Part shown: positions 11,293 through 18,980 of the stretch, one piece after another
Numbering within the stretch: the first letter of the stretch is position 1
How the letters are laid out: every line of letters begins with the position of its first letter
Assembly: GCA_018401615.1 (NCBI GenBank)
Contig: JAGYKN010000009.1
Span: 136-64,135 of the forward strand
Reading direction: 5' to 3'
Origin: Burkholderiaceae bacterium
GTDB lineage: Bacteria; Pseudomonadota; Gammaproteobacteria; Burkholderiales; Burkholderiaceae_A
DNA length: 64,000 nt
Position numbers and translations under genes: made by a program
Notes under the pieces: model-generated
Told to the model about the DNA's origin: nothing
The model's database searches: none
What the model saw: only the letters and a program-made list of their open reading frames with translations

Positions 11293-11334
11293 GGTCAGTC
11301 ACAATTTACCCCTTTGCCCAGACAGTCTCATTCC

Positions 11335-11547
11335 ATGCCCTTAGTCCGACCCAAAGAAAACGAACCCTTTGAAGCCGCCATGCGGCGCTTTAAACGCACC
11401 ATTGAAAAGATTGGTCTTCTCAACGACCTTCGCGCACGCGAGTTCTATGAGAAGCCCACTGCAGAGCGCAAGCGCAAGAAGGCGGCTGCTGTGAAGCGCC
11501 ATTACAAACGCGTTCGCAGCCAGATGTTGCCCGCCCGCAAATATTGA
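11335..11547 (+). CDS. rpsU: 30S ribosomal protein S21
   Basis: [21 protein letters not shown]...[19 protein letters not shown]. Confidence 0.97.
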   Translation: MPLVRPKENEPFEAAMRRFKRTIEKIGLLNDLRAREFYEKPTAERKRKKAAAVKRHYKRVRSQMLPARKY

Positions 11548-11657
11548 ACCGCAAGGCCTGAACCGCAGGGCCTAAACCCCGAGGCCTGAACCGCAAGGCC
11601 CAAGCTCCAAGGCCCCAGTTGCGAGGCCACAGCGGCGAGGCCACAGCAGCGCAAACC
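11545..11657 (+). repeat. Degenerate 14-bp tandem repeat, about 8 units (consensus TGAACCGCAAGGCC)
   Basis: Units: tgaaccgcaaggcc, tgaaccgcagggcc, taaaccccgaggcc, tgaaccgcaaggcc, caagctccaaggcc, ccagttgcgaggcc, acagcggcgaggcc, then a decayed unit. Confidence 0.8.
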
Positions 11658-11718
11658 TCCAAAATCAGGCCCCTCGGGGCAGATGTTCAGCCCGCTGCAG
11701 TTGGCCCACAATGGCAGC

Positions 11719-13536
11719 ATGATCCCCCAGTCTTTCATCGACTCGTTGTTGCAGCGAGTCGACATCCTCGAACTCGTTGGCGCACACGTCCAACTTAAAA
11801 AGGCCGGCGCGAACTACAGCGGCCTGTGCCCATTTCACACCGAGAAATCGCCGTCGTTCACGGTGAGCCCATCCAAGCAGTTCTATCACTGCTTTGGCTG
11901 CGGTGCCCATGGCACGGCCATTGGGTTTGTCATTGAACACCTTGGTCTGAGCTTTCCTCAGGCGGTTGAGGACCTGGCCCGCCGGATCGGGGTTGAGGTG
12001 CCGCAGGAGGCCTCACCAGAGGACAACAAGCCAGCGCGGGAGTCTCAGGCAAGGCTTCAAGACCGGATGCTTGCCGCTGCAAAGTTTTATCAGAGACGCC
12101 TCAAGGAGTCGGTCGAGGCGATTGACTACCTCAAAGGCAGGGGAATCACAGGTGAGACGGCTGCCCGCTTTCACCTGGGCTTTGCACCAGAGGGGTGGCA
12201 GCCCCTTCAGGCGGTCTTTGGGGATTACGACCATCCGGAGTTGGCGCAGGTTGGGCTGGTGATCACCTCCGAAGATGACGGTCGTCAGAAACGTTATGAC
12301 CGATTTCGCAACCGCCTGATGTTCCCAATTTTGAGCGCGCGAGGCGATGTGATTGGATTCGGTGCGCGGACCCTGGGCACCGACGAGCCCAAATATCTGA
12401 ATTCACCTGAGACACCGCTTTTTGTCAAAGGCCTCTCGCTCTATGGGATGTTCGAGGCCCGACAGGCCATTCGAGCCTCGGGAGAGGTCTGGGTGGTGGA
12501 GGGTTACATGGATGTGGTGGCCCTGGCCCAGCACGGCATCGGTCATGTTGTGGCAACCCTGGGCACGGCAACCACCGCAGAGCACCTTCGGGTCTTGAGT
12601 CGCCTCACGAGTCGACTTGTCTTTATGTTTGACGGCGATGCAGCTGGTCGGGGAGCGGCCGCCAAGGCGTTAGAGGTTGCGCTGCCGTATGCGCAGGAGC
12701 GACTGCTCATGCGGTTTGCCTTCTTGCCGGCCGAGCATGACCCAGATAGTTTCGTGCGGGCACATGGCCCTGAGGCGTTGCGGTCGCACGTGGATGCAGC
12801 CGCACCCCTGAGTGCCTTTCTGGCAGCCCGGGCCACCGAAGGTCAAGACCTCTCTGCCCCAGAGGGGCGAGCAGCAGCAACCGTTGAGGCGCGACGGCTC
12901 CTTGGCCTCATGCCGCCATCGGACCTGCGCAACCAGATTGCCAGCAGCATGGCGGCGCAGCTGGGTGCGGACGCAGTCAGTCTGGGAGCGACCAGGCTCA
13001 CGCGGGCCGCAGCTGAGCCCCCACCTGCAACCGGGGTGCGTGGGCTCGGGTTCTCCCAACGGTCTGCGGGCAGGGCATCCGCCGGGCGCAGAGCCTCGCC
13101 GGTGACGCCGCTTTCTGTGAGGTTGCTGCAGATCGCGGTGCGCATGCCAACCCTCGCGCAGACCCTTTCGGAGCCCGCTCGGGCCCAGATGCCGCGCGAA
13201 CAGCTCATTGCGTTAGATTGGCTAGCGGAGCGGGCTGCTCATCAAGGGGGTGGGTTTGCTGCACTCTACGAGGCCCTGCAGCGAGATGCGCCAGCCCCCA
13301 TCGGCCGCCTGGTCTCAGAGGCCATGGCGCCTGAGCCGGGATTAGATGACTCGGCCGAGTCGGCACCAGACCAGCTCCGAGATGCGTTTCTTCAGGCCTC
13401 CAGGGGCCTTGAATTGCGTGAACTCGAGGCCAGGGCTGCCGTGCTTGCCGGCAATCCCTCAGATGTGGTGCAGCTGGCCGCCTTGCGAACCCTGCATCAG
13501 GAGATTGCAACGCTGCGCAAATCGCTGATGCGGTAA
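11719..13536 (+). CDS. dnaG: DNA primase
   Basis: CPFH...CFGC zinc finger, KYLNSPET, VEGYMDV, FDGD; start MIPQSFID. Confidence 0.96.
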   Translation: MIPQSFIDSLLQRVDILELVGAHVQLKKAGANYSGLCPFHTEKSPSFTVSPSKQFYHCFGCGAHGTAIGFVIEHLGLSFPQAVEDLARRIGVEVPQEASPEDNKPARESQARLQDRMLAAAKFYQRRLKESVEAIDYLKGRGITGETAARFHLGFAPEGWQPLQAVFGDYDHPELAQVGLVITSEDDGRQKRYDRFRNRLMFPILSARGDVIGFGARTLGTDEPKYLNSPETPLFVKGLSLYGMFEARQAIRASGEVWVVEGYMDVVALAQHGIGHVVATLGTATTAEHLRVLSRLTSRLVFMFDGDAAGRGAAAKALEVALPYAQERLLMRFAFLPAEHDPDSFVRAHGPEALRSHVDAAAPLSAFLAARATEGQDLSAPEGRAAATVEARRLLGLMPPSDLRNQIASSMAAQLGADAVSLGATRLTRAAAEPPPATGVRGLGFSQRSAGRASAGRRASPVTPLSVRLLQIAVRMPTLAQTLSEPARAQMPREQLIALDWLAERAAHQGGGFAALYEALQRDAPAPIGRLVSEAMAPEPGLDDSAESAPDQLRDAFLQASRGLELRELEARAAVLAGNPSDVVQLAALRTLHQEIATLRKSLMR

Positions 13537-13555
13537 GGGGTTTTTACCACCCCTC

Positions 13556-13564
13556 TGGTATAAT
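13556..13564 (+). promoter_or_regulatory. Extended -10 sigma-70 promoter upstream of rpoD
   Basis: TGGTATAAT (TGn-TATAAT) about 30 nt before the rpoD start region. Confidence 0.6.
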
Positions 13565-13595
13565 TGAGGGTTCCCCAGCGAGCGGAGTGACCCCT

Positions 13596-16285
13596 GTGGC
13601 CGACAGCCGAAACAAAAAAACACGCCCAAAGAAATCAGCCTTGAAGGCAACGTCATCGGCCAAGATTAAGGCCAAGACATCAGCCAAGGCATCAGCCAAG
13701 ACGGCAGCAAAGCCGGCGGCATCAGCGCAGCCTAAATTGCAGAAGGTTGGGTCTGCTGACGCGGCCCTGGCCAAGGCAATTGCCAAGCTAAGGGGCTCTG
13801 GCGAAAAGACCGCGGCGAAGGCACCTGCTGCAAAAGCGCCTTCGTTACAAGCCTGTGGCCAAGCCCGTTGCAAAGCGCCTGCGGCCAAGGCCAAGGGCAC
13901 CTGCTAAAGCACCCGCCAAGCCTGTGGCCAAGCCCGTTGCAAAAAGCGCTGCGGCCAAGGCACCTGCTAAAGACCCGCTGCTCGGTGGTCAAGCCCGCTG
14001 CAAAGCGCTGCGCCAAGCCTGTGGCCAAGCCCGCTGCAAAAGCGCCTGCGGCCAAGGCACCTGCTAAAGCACCCGCCAAGCCTGTGGCAAAAGCGCCTGC
14101 TAAAGCACCTGCTAAAGCACCCGCTAAAGCACCTGCTAAAGCACCCGCTGCCAAAACAACTGCCAAGCCCGTGGCCAAAGCACCTGCCAAAGCACCTGCC
14201 AAAGCACCTGCAGTCAAAGCCCCTGCAGTCAAAGCCCCTGCGGTCAAAGCACCTGCAACCAAGGCGGGGCGCCCAGCAAAGGCGGTGCTCTCTGGGGGTG
14301 ATGAGGCTGTCCCTGAGGTCGATGACGAAAGCGGCGAAGATGCCGATGCTGCCGTTGTCGTGGAGCCCGTTGTTGCGCCCAAGCGTGGTGGTCGACGCTC
14401 CCGCGACAAGAAGCTGCTGGAATTCATGCCCTCGGGCCCGCTCACGGCTGAAGAGCTTGAGGCACGAAAGGCCCGGCTGAAGTCCCTCATCTTGTTGGGC
14501 AAAGATCGCGGCTACCTCACCCATGCCGAAATCAGCGATCACCTGCCCGACATCCAGATTGACTCCGATCAGATGGAGTCCATCATCGCCACCTTCCAAG
14601 AGTGGAACATCACCGTCTTTGAGTCCACCCCAGACACAGAGACCCTGCTGCTCTCGAGCAACACACCGGCGGGCGATTCCGATGATGCCGAGGAGGAGGC
14701 TGAGGCAGCCCTCTCCACCGTGGTGGACTCAGAATTTGGCCGCACCACGGACCCCGTTCGCATGTACATGCGCGAGATGGGGTCTGTCGAACTCCTCACC
14801 CGCGAGGGCGAGATCGCAATTGCGAAACGCATCGAGGCCGGCCTTCGAGAGATGGTCCTGGCCATCTCCTCCTGCCCCACCACCATCAACGAGATCCTCG
14901 ATCATGCCAAGAAGATCCGCGAGAGTGTCATGCGGGTGGAGGAGGTGGTCGATGGCCTGGTGGATCCAAATGCACCGGAGGAAGATCTACTGTCTGCCGC
15001 CGACGCGGAGATCGCCATCGAAGAAGACGACGATGCAGCTGAAGACATTGCCACTGCTGCTCGGCTTGCGGAACGCCGCCAGGCCTCGCTCGAGAAGTTT
15101 GATGTGATCGAAAAGCAGTTCGACAGAATGCGCAAAGCCTTCACAGTTGAGGGCTACAAATCGCCGGCCTACAACAAGGCCCAAGATGCCATCAGCAATC
15201 AGCTCATGGGCATTCGGTTTACCGCCAAGATGGTCGAGCGGCTCGCCGACACCCTTCGGACGCAGGTTGACGAGATCCGGCTCACCGAGCGCAACATCCG
15301 AAATCTGGCGGTCGACAAGGTGGGCATCACGCAGGAGTGGTTCATCAAGCACTTCCGTGGCAATGAGACTCGGATGGATTTTTTCACCAAAAAAGTGACC
15401 CCATCCACGGGGGCAAACGCCGCTCTGTTGGAGCGCAACATGCCCGCCCTTCAAGAGATGCAGCAGCGTCTGACCGACATCCAGACCCGCGTGGTCCTGC
15501 CGCTTGCAGACCTTCGCGAAATCAATCGCCAGATGACCGAGGGGGAGAAACGCGCCCGAGCCGCCAAGCGTGAGATGACGGAGGCCAACCTTCGACTGGT
15601 GATCTCGATTGCCAAGAAATACACCAACCGGGGCCTGCAATTCCTTGATCTCATCCAGGAAGGCAACATCGGTCTGATGAAGGCGGTCGATAAATTTGAG
15701 TACCGCAGGGGTTACAAATTTTCAACCTATGCGACCTGGTGGATTCGGCAGGCCATCACCCGCTCCATTGCCGACCAGGCGCGCACCATCCGCATCCCAG
15801 TGCACATGATTGAAACCATCAACAAGATGAATCGCATTTCGCGTCAACTCCTCCAGGAGACGGGCAAGGAGCCAGACCCAGCTGAGCTTGCGATCAAGAT
15901 GGAGATGCCAGAAGACAAGATTCGCAAGATCCTCAAGATCGCCAAGGAGCCGATCTCCATGGAGACACCGATTGGAGATGACGATGACTCGCATCTCGGT
16001 GACTTCATTGAGGACACCAGCACCCTTCAGCCTCATGAGGCGGCGCTTCAGGATTCCATGCGGGATGTCGTCAAGGAGGTGCTTGACTCCCTCACGCCTC
16101 GCGAGGCCAAGGTCTTGCGGATGCGATTCGGAGTGGAGATGACGACCGACCACACCCTTGAGGAGGTTGGCAAGCAATTTGATGTCACCCGCGAGCGGAT
16201 CCGGCAGATTGAGGCCAAGGCCCTGCGAAAACTTCGGCACCCCAGTCGCAGCGACAAGCTCAAGAGCTTCCTCGATACGCTCTAA
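13596..16285 (+). CDS. rpoD: RNA polymerase sigma factor RpoD with a long Lys/Ala/Pro N-terminal extension (frameshifts in the repeat part)
   Basis: Regions 1.1-4 intact ([45 protein letters not shown]). KAPA-type repeats run across three frames from 13596 to about 14270. Confidence 0.92.
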
Positions 16286-16291
16286 CGGAAT

Positions 16292-16342
16292 GGGGTCAGG
16301 CACGTGCCAGGCTCGAACCTGGCACGTGCCTGACCCCTTTTT
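16292..16342 (+). terminator. Perfect 20-bp hairpin plus U-tract after rpoD (REP-like element doubling as a terminator)
   Basis: GGGGTCAGGCACGTGCCAGG-ctcgaa-CCTGGCACGTGCCTGACCCC-TTTTT. Confidence 0.85.
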
Positions 16343-16386
16343 GGTCTTTTTGGCCCTTGCGGTGAACAAGTACACTTGTGGAGAAC

Positions 16387-16459
16387 GGGCCCCTAGCTCA
16401 TGCTTTGTTAGAGGCAGCGGACTCATAATCCGTTGGTGCGGGGTTCGACTCTGGGCCCA
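16387..16459 (+). tRNA. tRNA with CAT anticodon, probably tRNA-Ile2; T-arm and acceptor 3' half look damaged
   Basis: GGGCCCCTAGCTCA..., anticodon arm GCGGA-CTCATAA-TCCGT, GGTTCGACTC, ends GGGCCCA; typical position after rpoD. Confidence 0.8.
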
Positions 16460-16493
16460 ACTCATCTTAGTCCAAACAATGAGAGGGTGTTGA

Positions 16494-17284
16494 GTGGTTA
16501 CTTTAGCGAATCTAGTTGTTACAGCCCCAAGCTGGGATGACGTGAACCAGAACCCCTGGGAAAATCCATCGCTGAACGTGGCAAAAGTTCTGGATTGACG
16601 TCTTCCTGTCTTCCCAAACAACTGCTGAGGGTCTCACCTGCAGCAGTGCAGCCCCGATATGCGACTGATGACCTCTCCGACACGCGCCTGTCAACTGCTG
16701 CCACCAGTCCTCACGCGGCAAGGGCCCTCGGAAAATCAAGCCATTGGTGGCAAGCCTGCTCAAGCGCAAGTCGCGTCTTAAATATGCTGCGGTGGGTGAC
16801 GACACCGCCCTGGAGTTGGTTTTCTCTTCGAGTCGGCATCGTCAAGCTCAAGGTCGAAGACATCCTCAAGCCACCGGTCTCTGGACACATCGATAAGCTA
16901 GCCGACATGCTCACAGAAGAACTCAAGCCCGGCACGATGGTGGCCCTGCTCGAGGCCCGTGGTGATCGGGTGGATTTTGCTCAGAGGCTTGTCACCGGAG
17001 GCCTTCGCGTGACGCGGCTTCCCGTCTTTTCCCGTGAGAATCAAGAGCTTGTTGCCCTTCCACAATCCGATGACCCCTGGTGGTTCTTAATCACCTCATC
17101 ATCCTATTTGAAGTCGCTTGCAGACGACCTGGTCATGCAGAAGATGGACCCCAATGCTGTGCATTGGATCGGCAACGTCCTCACGTTAAAAGAGGGGGTC
17201 TCCCGAGTGGCGCCAGAGGCTCGTTACCACGTGGTGGAAAATTTTATCCCTGAACGCGTTTTGGAGACTGTCGCAAAGCAGTGA
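16494..17284 (+). CDS. Divergent uroporphyrinogen-III synthase (HemD)-like protein, frameshifted in the 5' half
   Basis: HemD-like segments across frames: NLVVTAP, ATSPHAARAL, YAAVGDDTA, VALLEARGDRVDFAQRL...LPVFSR, LITSSS. Confidence 0.5.
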
Positions 17285-17325
17285 TGGCATGGCTCTAGAC
17301 GTCACAGAAGCATCGGAGAATTCTC

Positions 17326-17973
17326 ATGTTTTCGATTTTTGGCTCTCAGTCTAAAAAACAACTCGAGCAGGCGAAATCCCACTTCGAGTACGCACGTGAC
17401 CTTCAGGGCGACAGCAAGGAATATCGTGCCGTGCGGGTGAGGGCAGCCATGCGATGCAAGCTTGTCCTCGATAAGATTTTCATCGAGGCTGCCCAGATGG
17501 AGGCAATGTTTCAGGAGGAGTCGATGATTGCGGCAGCAGCGGGTGAGGCTTCTCCGAAGAAGCTCGAAGAGACCGCAAAGGAATCCATCTGCTTTCAGGT
17601 CATCAAGTCTCTCAACGGACTTGTCATGGCCTATGTGCCGCAGCCCTACGCTGGTGAGATGGCCCAACTGGGCGTCCGATTTGAGACGGGATTGATCAAC
17701 ACTCGCCAGGCCATTGAACTGTCTCAGAAAATAGCGGATCGTCTGGCCGACGAACTCCAGATGGACCGCTATTTAATTCAGCCCATCGAGCCCCTGAGTT
17801 TCATGCGAGAGAGAATCGATGAATTCGATGCCATGCGTCGAGACCCTGAGGAGGCCTCCGAGGAGGTCGACAAGCGCCAAGACAAGGGCACAGCGGCAAA
17901 ACCACCGTCAGTCGAGAACGCTCCAAAAAAGAAAAAAGAGTCTGCCCCGCAGGACAGTCACTCCTGGGACTGA
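17326..17973 (+). CDS. Hypothetical protein, paralog of the genes at 37475-37999 and 36644-37399
   Basis: GGAG RBS; clear manual alignment to the ORF at 37475-37999. Confidence 0.8.
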   Translation: MFSIFGSQSKKQLEQAKSHFEYARDLQGDSKEYRAVRVRAAMRCKLVLDKIFIEAAQMEAMFQEESMIAAAAGEASPKKLEETAKESICFQVIKSLNGLVMAYVPQPYAGEMAQLGVRFETGLINTRQAIELSQKIADRLADELQMDRYLIQPIEPLSFMRERIDEFDAMRRDPEEASEEVDKRQDKGTAAKPPSVENAPKKKKESAPQDSHSWD

Positions 17974-18011
17974 TCAGGCACCAGCGGTGGCTGCTGCTTG
18001 CTCCGACCAGT

Positions 18012-18929
18012 CTATTCGCCCACACTTGTTGGGCCAATGCGGTGATCAAATAACCACTGCTTGAACGCCAGTGCTGCCGGAGACAAGCGCTTGCCGCTGG
18101 GATAGACCAGTTGCCAGCGGCGGATCAACGGAAATCCCACGACATCGAGTTTAACCAGCTCACCCAGGGCCAATTCAGAGACCACCGTGGTGGCGGACAG
18201 GACAGCCAGTCCAAGGCCACCGGCGACAGTCTGCTTAATGGCCTCGTTGCTGCTGACCTCAAGACGATTAATGGGACTAAAACCCTCCTGGGCAAAAAAC
18301 TTCTCGGTGGTCAGGCGCGTGCCAGAGCCAGGCTCACGCAGAATAAAGGGCTCATGACGCAACCGCTTGGCTGCAATGCGGCGCTGACCCACCAGGGGGT
18401 GGGAGGGCGGCGCAACCAAGACCAGCTGATTGTCAGCAAAGTGTTCGCTGATCACATCCAGATTGTCCGGCGGCTGTCCCATGATGTAGAGATCGTCTTG
18501 ATTGGCCATGAGACGCTGCAGGATGCTCTCGCGATTGACCACCACCATCGCAACCTCGATGCCCGGATGGGCCGCGCAGAATCCACCCAGCAGTTTTGGA
18601 ACGGTGTATTTCACCGTGGTGAGGATGGCAAGCCGAAGGGTGCCCCGCTCCATTCCCTGAAGGGCCGCTAGGTCCTCACTAAGAAGGTCCATGCGCTGGG
18701 AGATGTCATGGCAGGCTTCGGCCAGTGTTCGACCAGCCGCCGTGAGAAAGATCTTCTTGCCCAGCTGCTCGAACAGGGGCTGGCCAATGTTTTCAGCCAA
18801 CTGCTTGACCTGCAGCGACAGGGTGGGGGGTGCGAGATGCAACGCCTCTGCCGCCCGAGCAAAACTGTTGTGCTCAGCCACGGCCTGAAAGATGCGCAAT
18901 TGATGGAGCGTGGTGTGTCGAAGCTTCAT
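18012..18929 (-). CDS. cbbR: LysR-type regulator CbbR
   Basis: TLHQLRIF...SFARAAEALHL HTH, REPGSGTR, SNEAIKQ, all CbbR/CmpR-like; sits at the end of the cbb locus. Confidence 0.85.
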   Translation of the reverse strand: MKLRHTTLHQLRIFQAVAEHNSFARAAEALHLAPPTLSLQVKQLAENIGQPLFEQLGKKIFLTAAGRTLAEACHDISQRMDLLSEDLAALQGMERGTLRLAILTTVKYTVPKLLGGFCAAHPGIEVAMVVVNRESILQRLMANQDDLYIMGQPPDNLDVISEHFADNQLVLVAPPSHPLVGQRRIAAKRLRHEPFILREPGSGTRLTTEKFFAQEGFSPINRLEVSSNEAIKQTVAGGLGLAVLSATTVVSELALGELVKLDVVGFPLIRRWQLVYPSGKRLSPAALAFKQWLFDHRIGPTSVGE

Positions 18930-18980
18930 AAGATGATTCTATGTGGCGCTAGGCTGACACCAGACCTTAAATGGGAGGCC

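Noticed and set aside
11545-11657. Possible CRISPR array (also considered for 28193-28304 and 52008-52210)
   Set aside because: The units are adjacent tandem repeats with no unique spacers, and there are no cas genes
13544-14599. Long antisense ORFs rich in AGAL/AGAF, and other shadow ORFs throughout the window
   Set aside because: They are mirror translations of the rpoD KAPA repeat or GC-rich antisense frames of well-supported genes
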